DNA of 64,000 nt from Chiloscyllium plagiosum. Taxonomy: Eukaryota. Below the pieces are notes generated by a model. It saw only the letters and a list, made by a program, of their open reading frames with translations. It did no database searches and was not told where the DNA came from. The position numbers and the translations under genes are program-made. How positions within the stretch are numbered: position 1 is the first letter of the stretch; each line of letters begins with the position of its first letter. This document shows, in pieces, positions 1-13,861 of the stretch. The stretch lies in assembly GCF_004010195.1 (NCBI RefSeq), contig NC_057754.1, forward strand, positions 11,226,859-11,290,858. The letters run 5' to 3'.

Positions 1-258
1 GACCGCATCGGGAGCAACGGATACAATAAATGATATTAGTGGATGTGCAAGTAAAACTTTGATGGATGTGGAAATCTCCTTTATGGCCTTGGATAGAGGT
101 GAGGGAGGAGGTGTGGGCGCAGGTTTTACAGTTCCTGCGGTGGCAGGGGAAAGTGCCAGGATGGGAGGGTGGGTTGTAGGGGGGCGTGGACCTGACCAGG
201 TAGTCAACGAGGGAACGGTCTTTGCGGAAGGCAGAAAGGGGTGAGGAGGGAAATATAG
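1..258 (-). mobile_element. Penelope-like element fragment (Cys-rich linker and start of GIY-YIG endonuclease), cut by window edge
   Basis: Minus strand reads ...SAFRKDRSL..LVRS..PGTFPCHRRNCKTCAHT...FTCTSTNIIYCIRCSRCG. It is collinear with the Penelope copy at about 53560-53815. Confidence 0.85.
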
Positions 259-2589
259 CAACCAAAGCTCAGATGTCGTTTTCCCCAATAAGTGTTGCAT
301 ATTTTCAATTCTTCAGTGCGCTCTGAGACTGCTATTATGTCATATGACAGGTGCTTGTAAGCTGTCAGTGAAGAAACAACATTCACTTTCTGTCAAAGGT
401 ATAGTACACGCCTTCAACCTCATAACAGATGGGATAAACTGGTCACGTTGTAACACATTATTTGTGGCGTGTTCCATGCGCATTATACTCTCCAATAATT
501 CCCCACTCTGTTTCACACATCAGCGTCCTCCCCGTCAATTAAGTTTGGCAGACAGCGATTGAACCAAATAAATGTCCGCCATTGGATTTTACTGACACAA
601 TCTATAAAGTTTAGGGTCACCCTTCATGTGAGGATGGGCCGTCAGACTGCCGTTACCGCTCCTGCTGTTGATGAACTGTGTCGATTGAAAGAAAAGGAAT
701 TGTTGGTTGAAAACATTTGTTTCTGAACTCACATTCACTCTACCATAACAGGAGGAGCTAGAATCTCCTGATAAGTTGAACCAATAAAGTTTGGTGCTTA
801 TAGATTTAGTAATAGAATAACAGTAAAATGATACTAACTCCACGCTGTCACAACTGAACAAAACGGCTGCCGAGAGGAAGGCAGATGTATATTTAAACAC
901 CGTGATGATCCTTTTGCGTTTTACTTCTCACACTGGGGGAACTGAACTTTTACCCAATGTGGCACACCACATCCATGAAACATTGTTTCCAAATAAAACT
1001 GACAGCAAAACTTTATGCGTGATCGAAAGTCGACAAAGAAAATTGTGATCAATAAATAAATGCAGAGAACAAACTCTGCCATAATGTAAAGCCCAGGCAG
1101 TTAGGCGTCTATTGAGCATCTCCGTGTTTGACATGATTTGAACACGCAATTTCCCAATTTGGAGTTAGACTCGCTACTGTTGCACCACAAGCTTCTGGTG
1201 TGCAGGATGAAGGGAAGTGATTGTACTGCAATAATTTAATACTACAACTGACAACGGAGATCAAAAGTTAATGCCTGTTCTGTCTCTCTCCTTTTGTCTC
1301 TGCAAACAACTTACCCCTCCTCCCTCTGTCTGTGCCTGTTCCTCTGACGCCCTCATTCTGCCTTTCTCCCTTTCATTGTGTCACCTTCTCTCTCATCGGT
1401 CTTCCTCTTTCTTCTCCATACTTTCGGCTCTTACCTTGTCTCTGTGGAGACTGATTCCAGTCTTTATGTCACAGAGCGGATTGGGGACAAACACATCGAA
1501 AGACAAAAGATCTGCAAAGGGGAACAAAAACGTACGGACTGGTTCCATTGCCATTTTCCATTTATTATCCAATAAAATCAGCCATCAAGATACAATATAT
1601 TTCGAACCTCATCAAGAAAATACATCATGAACATCAGAAATAATAATACAGGACCAGAACAGTTGCTTAAATTGATGCCAGACACGGAAGTGCTTGTGAA
1701 TGTAATGTGCAAATTTCAATCCCTGGAGATGTGATAACATTTCATTGTATGATTCAGTATCACGTAACTCATGACTAATTCATATTCATACTGTGCGACC
1801 AGCATTATTGTTGCGTCACAGTCATATGACATCACTGTGTAGCTGGAAACCCCTGGGAACAGTTTATGAAAGAAACCTCCCTAAAGATCAGGCAGTCCTG
1901 CATTGGGAAGCATTGGGATGGCTTTTTACATGTTGACAGATCTTCAAATTAAACGGCCTCGAGGCAAAAATCCCTTCCTTCTACTTAAATATCAAAACCT
2001 AGCAAACCAAAATTCCTTAGTTGTGTATACAAGCATTTCTTCCCGATGTTGGCAAATTATTTCTTTAGACACCTGTTTAATGTTTGAATATGGTGAGACA
2101 CAATGTCGCAAGTTTTGAACCCATTAGCTTGTAAACCTAATACCTAGACCAATATTTAAAACAATCATGGTGCCAAAAAACTCTGTTTACATCAGAGAAG
2201 GACTTAGTTTGACTCTGCCTGTTTGTGCTTCGAAAGAGAAACAGCAGTTGAAACTGAAGAAATGGCTGAAGGGCTACAGAATCACTTTGTTGTATCCACA
2301 CACAGGCTGATTCCTGATGACATGGATGTGTTTGCGGTGGCTGGGATCACAATGAAAGTACTAGCCTTTATTTATAAAGAGGAAAATTCATTGCGGCAAT
2401 TACCATTTCAATAACTGCAATTTGAATTGGCTGAAATGCGGGTTTCGGAATCTTCCAGGAGTTTTACACCTCAGGCTCTGTGGTACATTTAGCCGGCACG
2501 TTTGGCTGTTCACCAAAATATCTGCAAGTTGAAATGGGCCACCGTCTGAAAATTAAGGCCCGAGTATTCAGCGGCATGTTCAGAAGCAC

Positions 2590-2812
2590 TTCTACACACA
2601 GTTTGTCAGATGTTTTGAACATTATTGTGCAAATGGCAGTGGATACAGGATCATTCGCTAACTTTAAATCTGAGAGTTTTTTTGTACAGGAAAAGGTATT
2701 AAGGGATATGGATCAAAGGCAGGTAAATGGAGTTAGGTGTCAAATCAGCCATTATTTATTTGAATGGTGGTACAGGCTCAAGGTGTTGAATGGCCTACAC
2801 TAGTTCCTATGC
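2590..2812 (+). mobile_element. Old CR1-type LINE 3' end fragment
   Basis: Degenerate 3' UTR (aagggatatgg...gcaggtaaatggagtt...gaatggcctac..gttcctatg), similar to the tail at about 43710-43845. Confidence 0.55.
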
Positions 2813-5800
2813 TCGCATACGTCTTACTGTTTTCTTGTCACACAATTCCGGCCTGTCAATGGGGAGATTGCCTGCAAGAAAATATTGTTGATTGTTCTGG
2901 GAATAACTAGTACAAATATCCTCAGGCACGCTGTACCAATAATCTTACAAACACAATCAGAAAACCAAACAACGAACTGACCATATTCTTACCCTTGAAT
3001 CTTAAGAAACCTGAAATGATTTTGGTTTCAAACAAACTCCGATAATGATTCATTTTCGTTAGCTCCATACAGAACAATATAGGGAAAGACAGGAAAGCAG
3101 TAAGATTCCAGTCCCACACTCTCTAACCCTCTGCTATCAGTGAAAATCAACAACTGCTACTTCAGTCGGGGTCTACTGCACATCTTTTGGAAACGAGATT
3201 CTGCAACCTGGGTCAAACCTCGCAATACATCGATACAGGAAAACTGAGCGAGATTATGTCCTGATTACAAAAATTCTGAGCGTAAATCACAAAAATCACT
3301 CACTAACTTTCTAAACATCATCCACTGCTTTTCTTTTAACGATTGGCCTTTGTGAATCTGAACGTGAGCACTGGGAATATGTATTAGGGAGTGACCCATT
3401 TTCTGTTGTATCTCAGTCAGGTTTGTCATTCAGTTTTGTTGATATTGAAGTGAATCTGCTCTCAAAATAAAGACATAAAACAGACAAACAATATTAAATC
3501 CAGGAAGAGATGCTGATGAAACACGATGCCAATGTTGAGAAAGAAGCAAAAGCTCAATGATTTCACTGATTGTTGAGTAGAAAGCATTGGTGCCTTGAGC
3601 TTCCAGTGGTCATCTTCATTCATTACATGGCTTTTAAGCAGCTACTTCGCTTAGACAAGAGAAGTGGTTATAGCCTGACTATATGTCCAGCTCCCCAGTT
3701 AATAAAATAAAATATTTTTAATGTCAGGTCGTGACTTTGATACCTTGATTGGATAAAGTTCATTTGAAACCTTTACTTTTACAGTGGCTCTTCATTCCAT
3801 TGGCAGGGCCATCACATTTGAAATGAGTTTTTCTCCTTTTCAGTTTATCAATATCTGAGTTGCTGGTTTATGAGTGAAAACTGGGAGTGGATGGGAGACA
3901 TGTTTGTTGGTGTGGCTTAACGTTCACTGAACCGTGGCACTTTAATATTGACAGGTTCTACTCATACCCTGAAACCAATAAGTGGTCCAATCACAGAAGT
4001 GGCTAAATGATAGGAGAATCAAAAGCAACCCATCCATATCAAAGAATTATCAAACAAGAAGGTTCTGATTCAAATTTGAGGGGAGGAAAATTAGAAAACA
4101 TCTCTGAAACTTCTTCAAACCAGTCATCTGAGAGGAATCATTAGGTATATTGTGTTGAAATTTACTTGGAATGCTTGTGGTTGTGGCTTGATATGAAACT
4201 CAGATGTTACTTATTGTCGTTGATGTATTTTGTTACCGAGTTACGGCATAGTCTTGGGAGGAATTCCTGTACATAGGTAGGAGGTGTATCAATTAATTAG
4301 ACCAGAAGACTTGATACAGCCTGAAGGATACAGTGATAACACATAGAGGAGTACGAAAGGACAGGAAGAGGTCAGGAGCTCATCTGGGGGTGGGGTGGGA
4401 GTTGGGGGTGGGTGGGTGTGTGGGCAAGGAACAGCTTGAAATGGCGCTCCATGTCAGTGGACTACACGCACATGTCCGTGGGGCAGACACAACATTTCAG
4501 AGGTTCGTCTTGTCTCAGAAAGAAAATCAATTTCCTTGTCCAAAATTGTAACAATATTTAATGTTTCAGATGGGAATCCTAAAGAAAGAATAACTTCTGA
4601 ATGTAATGTACTGAATAACTGAAACCCACCAACAGAAGTCATATTTCATGCCATTCTGCATGACATACTGTACATTGTTATCAAATTTGGTAAGGACATC
4701 TGAATTTTTAGGCAGACACAGACAAGAAATGGAACTCTGGAGAGGGTATTAAATAACATAATGAGCTAAAGTAAAAACAAGAAGTAACAATGGAAATAGG
4801 AGCAAGAGACACAAAACAGGAAAACAAGGAAGAATAATTTATTAAAATCGTTTAAATAAATGAGCTTTAAGATATTGATAGATAGATATGTGTTGTAAAA
4901 ACTGAAATACATGAAAAGATCTCCTTTGTGTTATACATGTAACAATTTGCTAATACATAGTTGAAGCTGACACAGATGATCTGCCATTTCACATTCATTG
5001 GGAACAAGGGAACAGAGGCAGTAGTTAACGTTGGTAAGATGTGTGCTTTCCAGTTTGATATTATCACTGTCAGGCTACAGTTATGTAAAAGGAAATTAAT
5101 ACAAGCCAATTCGAGCCTTCAATGGCGATGAACTTATTCATTTGTCACCATGGTCGTGAATCTCTTCTCTATACAAAACAAAAAAGAAATACACAGGCAT
5201 TGTGTCAAAGAGGGGAAGGAACATGCTTGGTGAGAGAAAAGCTCATCGTTTCCTGGATCTATAAACAGTAAGAGTATGGTGCTGCATTAGTGACAAATCA
5301 GTGAATGCATAAGCAGTCTTAGGAAACGTTATGCAACTGTCTTTCAACCCTCAATAATGAATTTATCTTTCCATTTACCTTTATACACAATGGGGCCTCG
5401 GCTCCCAGCATTGGGCCCAGGGTAATAAACACCAATCTTTATTGGGACAATGAGCAGCAGGGCACGTGCACGGCCACCATCTTTGTAGGCAGAGCTTCAA
5501 AACTTGCCAAGCCACCTGATGAGGCAACATTGTGGCAAAGAAGGAAGGAACAGGCAACACATCCTGCAACAAAAAGAGAATGCTGGGGGAGTTCTGCAGG
5601 TCTGGAGAAAACAGCTAACATTTCGAGTCTGGTGACACTTCAAATTATGTACTCAAATTCCCTCTACTGTTTAGTCCCATGTGTCCAAAGACCTGTACCT
5701 CTGTTCAGTCACATGAAGACTCTCAGCAGAAACTCAGGACCTTGAGCAAACACAATCTTCAAATAAAGGGTCAGACAATGACAAAGACGGTTAATGTTCA

Positions 5801-6235
5801 ACAGACTGATTGTTGTGACCATCGTGAACCAGGACACAGGAGGTGAGGATGTTGTGAACCCTTCATTAACAACAATGATTACCCCGGAGAGCTTGCCCAT
5901 AATTGTAAATGGTGTCTTGTAGTCGTTTTCCAATCAGCTAATGAGAAGAATGTTCCTTATCTGCCTTACCTAAAACTATCAGAAACATGCACAACTCTCA
6001 CATTTTGTATGATTTTGCACTGAGTATTCAACCTCAGATGATGACCAGGTAGGGAGACGAAATCAGTGGTTTCAGAGTGGAGTTTGTAGCTGGACTAAAG
6101 GCACTAAATTCAGGTATCTCAACATCCAGTACTTAAATGGAGGAAATTTCTGAATGTAGTATCACATAGGTCAGTACAGTGTGGGACTTTGAGGTGAATT
6201 TGGTGATAAGATTGTTGACATGCATTTGAAGCTCA

Positions 6236-6390
6236 GAGAAAGTGAAAACTGCAGATGCTGGAGATCAGAGTCGAGAGCGAGGTGCTGGAAAAACATCATT
6301 CTTGATGCAGGGCTTATGCCTGAAAAGTCGATTCACCTACTCCCCAGATGCTGCCTGACCTGCTGGGCTTTTCCAGCACCACACTCTCGA
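6236..6390. mobile_element. Miniature Penelope-derived inverted-repeat element (family B) with degenerate hammerhead motif
   Basis: Arms tcgagagcgaggtgctggaaaa / ttttccagcaccacactctcga. The centre attc-ttgatgc-agggcttatgcct-gaaa-agtc resembles the Penelope terminus at 56551-56680. Confidence 0.7.
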
Positions 6391-6498
6391 ATTGCTGCTC
6401 GGCAGCTTATTGGGGCTGCAGGATGTTGCTTACAAAATAGCTCTTATTGAACCACGACAATCCCATTAATCAATCTCTATCTCAAATACAGGCAAGAT

Positions 6499-9400
6499 TC
6501 ATAGAACATCACAACACAGAATGGGCCCTTTGGCCCTCGATGTTGCGCCAACCTGTGAACTAATCTAAGCCTATCCCCCTATACTATCCCATCACCATCT
6601 GTTAGCTTATCTAAGGACTGTTTAAATGCCCCTAATATGGCTGAGTGGGCAGCACGGTGGCACAGTGGTTAGCACTGCTGCCTCACAGCGCCAGAGACCC
6701 GGTTCATTTCCCGACTCAGGCGACTGACTGTGTGGAGTTTGCACATTCTCCCCGTGTCTGCGTGGGTTTCCTCCGGGTGCTCCGGTTTCCTCCCACAGTC
6801 TAAAGATGTGCAGGTCAGGTGAATTGGCCAAGCTAAATTGCCCGTAGTGTTAGGTAAAAGGGGTAAATGTAGGGGAGCCTGCCTGTCTTAAATCTATCAC
6901 CACTCAATTTTCAGATATGTCCCCTCGTACAAGCCAACATCATCATCCTATGAAACAGACTCTCACTGTCCACCATATCTAATCCTCTGATCCTCTTGGA
7001 TGTCTCTCTTAAATCCCCTTTTAGCCCCATATTCTCCAATGAGAACAGACCCAAGTCTGTCAGTCTTTCCTCATACGACCTTCCCTCCAGACCAGGCAAC
7101 ATCCTGGTAGATCTCCTCTGCACCTTTTCCAATGCTTCCACATCCTTCCTGTCATGGACGACCAAAACTGTAATGAATATTCCAAATGAAGCCACAGCAG
7201 CGTTTTGTGCAGCTGCAGTGTGACATCACGACTCTGGAACTCAATCCCTCTACGAATAAAACCTAGCATACCGTATGCCTTCTTAACAGCAATATTAACC
7301 TGGGTGCAACTTTCAGGGATCTATGTACATGGACACCAAGATCTTTCTGCACATCCACACTACCAAGAATATTTCTACTAACCCAGTATTCTGCCTTCCT
7401 GTTATTCATCCCAAAGTGAATCACTTCACATTTATCTGCATTGAATTCCGTTTGCCACCTCTCAGAACAATTCTGCAGTTTGTCCAAGTCCCCCTGCAAA
7501 CTGCAACATTCTTCCACACTGTCCACCACTCATCGACTTTAGTGTAATCTGCAAACTTACTAACCCATCCTCCTATGCCTGCGTCCAAGTCATTTATAAA
7601 AACCACAAACAGCACTGGTGCAAAAACAGATCCTTGTGGCACACCACTAGTAACCGGACTCCAGGCTGAATATTTTTCATCAACCACCATTCGCTGCCTT
7701 CTTAGAAAGCCAGTTTCTAATCCAAACTGCAAAATAACCATCAATCCCATTCCTCCACATTATCTCCAAAAGCCTATCAATGTGGAATCTAATCAAAGTC
7801 TTGTCTGAAGTCCATGTACACCATGTCAACTGCCATACCTTCATTCACATGCTTGGTCATCTTCTCAAAAAAAAACTCAGTGAGGGTTTTGAGACACGAC
7901 TTCCCTTAAAAAAACCATGTTGACTATCTCCAATCAAATTATTGCTTGCTACATGATTTTAAATCCTATCTCATATACTCTTTTCCAAAACTTTTCCTAC
8001 AACAGACGGAAAGCTCACAGATATATAATTACCTGGGCCATCTCTATTGTCCTTCTTGAACAAGAGCACAACATTTGCAATCCTCCAGTCCTCTGGTACT
8101 AGACCTGGAGACAAAGATGACTCAAAGATCAAGGCCAAAGCCTCCGCCATCTCCTCCCTAGCATTCCAGAGAATCTTTGGATAAATCCCACCACTGTTCA
8201 GGGGACTTATCTACTTTCACATCTTTTAGAGTTGGTAACACCTCTTCCTTACTAACCTCCACCTTTCTAGTCCAATAGCCGCATCTCCGTCTTCTCCTCT
8301 ACAATATTCTCCTTTTCCTGAGTGAAAACAGATGAGAAATATTCGTTTAGCAACTCTGCGATTGCCACAGGGTCCATACACAACTTCCTACTTCTGTCTT
8401 TGACTATTCCTACCCTAGTCATCCTTTTATTCCTCACATACCCATAGAAAACTTTAAGGTTCTCATTTATTCATCCTGCTAATGACTGCTCATGTCCCCT
8501 CATTGCTCTTCTTAACTCTCCCTTTAAATCCTTGCTAGCTAATCTGTAACTCTCCATCGCCTCATCTGAATCATCTCATCACAATGTCACATAAGCCTCC
8601 CTCTTCCGCTTAACAGGAGATACAATTTCTTTAGTAACCACCATTCCCTTAACTTATCACTTCCTCCCTGCCTGACAGGGACATACCTATCAAGGACATG
8701 CAATATCTGTTCCTTCAACTAGCTCCACATTTCGATAGTTCCCATCCCCTGCATTTTGCTACCCCATTCTATACCTCTTACGTCTTGCCTAATATTATAA
8801 TTGCTCTTCCCTCAACTATAAGTCTTGCCCTGTGGCATGCACCTACCTCTTTCAATCGCTAAACCAAACATAACCAAATTATGGTCACTCTCTCCAAAGT
8901 GCTCACCTCCCACTAAAGCAAACACCTGGCCTGGTTCATTACCAAGCACCAGATCCAATGTGGCTTCCCCTCTTGTTGGCCCTTTGACATACTGCATCAA
9001 GAAACCCTCCTGCACACATTGGACAAAAACTGATCCATGCTACGTACTAGACTTGTAGCTTTTCCAGTCAATGTTGGGGAAGTTAAAGACCATCCTGTTC
9101 CTTTCACTCTTACCCAGAATCGTTTTGCCAATCCCCTCCTCCACATTCCTGGAAATTTGTGGAGGCTTATATAAAAAAACTCCCAGCAGTGTGACCTCTC
9201 CTCTCCTGTTTCTAACCTCAGCGCATTACACCTCAGTAGACGAGTCCTTGTCAAAAGCTCTTTCAGCCACTGTTTTACTATCCTTGACTAATAAAGTCAC
9301 GCCTCCCCTTCTTTTACCACCTTCCTTGATATTAATGGAAGGTCTAAACCCTGGAATCTGCAAAATCCATTCCTGACCCTGCTCTATCCATGTCTTTGGA

Positions 9401-10833
9401 TTGGCCACAACATCAAAGTACCAGGTACCTATCCATGCTGCAAGCTCACCTATCTTATTCCAAATACTTCTGGCTTTGAAGCAGACACACTTCCTACCAC
9501 CTTGCTGTCTGCCAGCACATTCCTTGACTGTGAAATCCTGTCCATGCCCTCCCTACTCAAAGTCTCCTGTGCACTGGAACTACGCCACAGGTTCATATCC
9601 CCCTGCTGAGCAAGTTAACCCACCTGAATAGCTCTAGCAAATTTCCCACCCAGGATATTAGTACCCCTCTGGTTCAAGTGAAGACCATCCTGTTTGTAGA
9701 AGTCCCACCTTTCCCAGAATGAGGCCAAATTATACATATACCTGAAATGCTACCTCCAGCATTATCCCTGCAGCCACGTGTTCAGGTCATATCTCTGTCT
9801 GTTTCTCGCCTTACTATCATGTGGCACAGGTAACAAACCAGAGATAACAACTTTGTTTGTGCTCTCAGCTTCCACCCTAGCTTCCCGAAATCCTGGCTTA
9901 CATCCCTATCCCTCTTTCTACATATGTCGTGTGGACCATGACTTGTGGCTGGTCACCCTCTTCCTTCAGGAACCCAAATACCCGATCTAAGGCAACATGG
10001 ACCATGGCACCTGGGAGGCAACACACCAACAGTGAGTCTCTTTCGTTCCCAACAAATCTTCTGTCTGACCCTCTGACTATTGAGTTCCCAATGACTAACC
10101 TCCTTTCCCCCCTTCCCTTCTGTAGAACAGGGACAAACTCTACACCAGAGACCTGCACCCCAATGCTTGCCCCTGGGAAGTTATCCCGCCAACAGTATCC
10201 AAAATGGTATACTTGTTTTCCAGGTGAATGATCACAGGGGATCCCTGCACTGACTGTTTTATGTCCCTTCTAACAGTTACCCAGCTTTCTTCATGCATAG
10301 GAGTAACTACTCCCTGTAACTCTTATCTATCACAAACTCTGCCTACCGAAAAAGAACAAGTTGATCCAGCTTTCGCTCCAGTTCCCTAATGCGGTCTTGG
10401 AGGAGCAAGAGCTAGATGCACTTTCTGCAGATGTACTTGGATAGGACACTAATAGCGTCCTACACCTCAAACATCGTGCAGGAGGAACATTTCTCTCCCT
10501 GCACTGTCATCCTTTCTAGTCCCCTCAAAAGAAGCTTACCTGATGTGTCCCTGGTGTTTAAGTTTAGAGGAGATGGATGGACGGGAGGCCTACAAGGGTA
10601 GGATATTGGGTTTAGAAAGCACTCACTTATTTAGCTGAGGGGAAGAAGTCTCTCCTTTCCCAGAACCCTCTGCTCTCCGATGTCAGATGTAAAGATTTAA
10701 ATTAGTGACTCACCTTTCCCGGCAGGCCCCTGGTCCAAGCATCCGCTCTTCTTGCTGCTGAAAACAGAAATGGAGGGCTCAGACGCTCGAGGTAAGGTTT
10801 TAAAGATATAAATTAGCGACTCTCCTTTCCCGG
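6499..10833 (-). mobile_element. Near full-length decayed CR1 LINE (5' UTR, ORF1 with SGNH esterase domain, ORF2 APE endonuclease + RT, 3' tail)
   Basis: ORF pieces LVIGNSIVRGSDRRF..CCLPGA (ORF1), GGVTLLVK and PTRGEATLDLVL (EN), GVPQGSV..FINDLD..SKFADYTK (RT), LEKVQRRSTRMLPGL. ORF1 ATG is near 10510. Many stops and frameshifts. Confidence 0.92.
6647..6875 (+). mobile_element. HE1-type tRNA-derived SINE, 3'-truncated, inserted in the CR1 3' end
   Basis: A-box-like tggcacagtggtt head and gtttgcacattctccccgtgtctgcgtgggtttcctcc core. Nearly identical to 52677-52990. Confidence 0.9.
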
Positions 10834-12420
10834 ATTTATCCTAGGATTCTCTGGGAAGCCAGACAGGAGATTGCAGAGCCTTTGACTTTGATCTTTATGT
10901 TGTCATTGTTATAGGAATAGTACCAGAAGGCTGGAGGAGAGCAAATGTTGCCCAATTGTTCAAGTAGGGGAGTAGAGAAAAAATAAGCTCTGAAAAGTAT
11001 AGACCAGTGAGCCTTACGTCAGTTGTGGGTAAAGTGTTGGAAAGATTATAAGAGGTAGGATTTATAATAACCTAGAATGGAATAAGTTGGTTAGCGATAG
11101 TCAACACGGTTTTGTGAAGAATAGGACGTGTCTCATGAACCTTATTGAGTTCTTTGNNNNNNNNNNNNNNNNNNNNNNNNNNNNNNNNNNNNNNNNNNNN
11201 NNNNNNNNNNNNNNNNNNNNNNNNNNNNNNNNNNNNNNNNNNNNNNNNNNNNNNNNNNNNNNNNNNNNNNNNNNNNNNNNNNNNNNNNNNNNNNNNNNNN
11301 NNNNNNNNNNNNNNNNNNNNNNNNNNNNNNNNNNNNNNNNNNNNNNNNNNNNNNNNNNNNNNNNNNNNNNNNNNNNNNNNNNNNNNNNNNNNNNNNNNNN
11401 NNNNNNNNNNNNNNNNNNNNNNNNNNNNNNNNNNNNNNNNNNNNNNNNNNNNNNNNNNNNNNNNNNNNNNNNNNNNNNNNNNNNNNNNNNNNNNNNNNNN
11501 NNNNNNNNNNNNNNNNNNNNNNNNNNNNNNNNNNNNNNNNNNNNNNNNNNNNNNNNNNNNNNNNNNNNNNNNNNNNNNNNNNNNNNNNNNNNNNNNNNNN
11601 NNNNNNNNNNNNNNNNNNNNNNNNNNNNNNNNNNNNNNNNNNNNNNNNNNNNNNNNTTCTGCATTTTGGAAAAGCAAATCAGATCAGGACTTGTACACTT
11701 AATGTTAAGGTCCTAGGGTGGGTTGCTGATCGAAACTCCTTGAAAGTAGAGTCGCAGGTAGATAGGATAGTGAAGATCGCATTTGGAATGCTTCCTTTAC
11801 TTTTAGGAGTATTGAGTAAAGCATTTGGGAAGTCATATTGCTGCTGTACAGAACGTTGGTTCAGCCACTTTCGGAATATTGTCTGCAATTTTGGTTATTT
11901 CCTATCAGAGGAAACATGAAGGGCTTCAGGAAAAAAAAATACTACAAGGGTGTTGCCAGGGTTGGAGGGTTTGAGCTCGAGGGAGTGACTGAATAGGCTT
12001 GGGCTGTTTGCCTGGACTGTCGGAGGGTGAGGTGTGACCTTAGAGAGGCGTTTAAATTATGAGGGGCATGGGTAGTATAAATGGACACAGTCTTTTCCCT
12101 GGAGTGTGGGAGAACAGGACAAGAACTTATACATTGAGGGTGAGAGGGGTAAAATATAAAAGGGATCTAAGGGGCAAATTTTTCATGCCAAGTATTGAGC
12201 GTGTATGGAATGAGTTGCCAGAGGAAGGGGTGAAGGCTGGTACAATTGCACCATTTAAAAGACATTTGGATGGGTATATGAATAAGAAAGGTTTAAAGGT
12301 ATATGAGCCAAGTGCGAGCAAGTGGGATGAGATGATGTTAGGATATCTGGTCAGCATGAACGAGTTAGACCAATGGGTCTGTTTTCTGTGCTGTATACCT
12401 CTACGACACTGTGACTCTCA
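10834..12420 (+). mobile_element. 5'-truncated CR1 LINE (RT to 3' tail), spanning an assembly gap
   Basis: YRPVSLTSVVGK, SQHGFVKNRTCLMNLIEFF, ERVWNELPEE...FKRHLD, ending in a ctctacgac/gactct tail. Confidence 0.88.
11157..11656. other. Assembly gap (500 N)
   Basis: Run of N. Confidence 1.
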
Positions 12421-12989
12421 CTAACGAATAGGAAGTCCGTCACTCAGTTTGGGAAAACAAGTCTACAGAAAGTAGAAATCAGTGGTTAAAGTTTAGAGTG
12501 AATCGAAGGGAATGCAGAAATCACGATGTTACAAATAAATCGACTGAATTGAGAGTAGAAAACGCTCATTCATCCGCCAGGGCATGTCTATTCCACATAA
12601 TAATCACAAACATCCTGTCGACTTCTTTCTCTCATTCTATCAGCCGAACCCTCCATCCCTTTCTCCATCACCATTTCACCGAGTTAATCTTCACATGCAT
12701 TTTTGCTTTTGGTAACCACCGCCATAACCACGAACACTCCTTTTGGTAACCACCGCCATATTCCAGATACTCTCCAGCTAAACATTTTCAAATGAAATCC
12801 CCACTGGATCGTTTAAAATTGTTTATTTAAATGTATAATTCTGAAATCCTTCTGAAAAGAAATATTCCCTTTTGTGCCTGGAATCCAAGATCTTTCGCTA
12901 TTGTAAAGGCATCTATGCAGTTAACTATTTTTCTTCTCATTTGTCGAGAAAGGACACCAAGTGCACACAGTATCTTCTGACAGTTGTGC

Positions 12990-13499
12990 CAATGCTGCTC
13001 ATTTCACGTTTATTTTAAACAAATACAATTAAAGGGGGTGACCAGGTTTTCCAGTTCAGCACTTCTCTGCTTTGGTTTTGTTTAGTTTTCACAATCAGTC
13101 TCCTTGTTCAGAGTGTCTAGTCACGTAGAGCTGGGGAATCCAAAGAAACAGCTCCATGGAAGAAGGTGTTCTGTGCCGAATCTCTCTGACATTGCTCCTG
13201 TAAGAATCTGTGTTTGATTTTACATTTTCTGGTAAGGGGATATTTATGGAAATGTTATTCACATTTGGAACAGCGTCATTAAGTTGTGATAGAGTCGACT
13301 GAGTTTTTATATAGTTGTTATTCTAAAGTCTGTCCTCTTTTGTTTGGGTTTCAATCGGTATTTTTCAAATGCATTCTATTTTGATTAAAAGTAGAATATC
13401 TAGAATATTCACTTTATACCTGCTTAAATAGAACTGGAAAATTTAGAGTCTGGACAACTTTCTTGAAATATTTTAGGGTGTATGGCCTGGTGCATAATA
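12990..13499 (+). mobile_element. Degenerate solo LTR related to the Gypsy LTR at 34611-35222
   Basis: Collinear shared blocks caattaaagggg, atccaaagaa, ctgtgtttgattttac, aacagc.tcattaa, ttgaaatatttt..ggg..tggcc...cataa(c/t)a. 5' boundary uncertain. Confidence 0.65.
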
Positions 13500-13861
13500 C
13501 AGTTATTATCACTCAATTCTGTTATCATTGCTGTGAACTGTTCTTCCGTTATGTCTTGTGTGCCTTCATTCTTCATGCAAGACTGAAACCATAATATACC
13601 TGTGCTCGACTGCATCTTCGACACTTGTTGAAAGTGAGCCCTCTGTTTCTCAAATGTCTTCCTCCAGACATTATATTATTTGCTATTGTTTAACTTCCTA
13701 TCATCAATGAAAGTCACCCAGCGCAAATGGAGAACCGAATTGCTGGTGCTGTGGGATTTGAGGTGTAGACCTGTGTCTTGAAATCTCGCAGAACATGAGA
13801 CAAGAAAAAGTTGACAGCAGCCGACAATTTTAATTTGATGTTACTTCCTGCAGAACATTCA

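Noticed and set aside
589..900. Minus-strand 103-aa ORF with faint Ig V-like spacing (FYC..LYWF..NGSL..D...Y..C)
   Set aside because: The F-strand motif is off-register, there is no A strand or usable splice acceptor, and stops flank it; compatible with chance.
11072..11716. Long ORFs of 185-209 aa
   Set aside because: Artefacts of translating through the N gap; the same applies to ORFs crossing 55316-55537.
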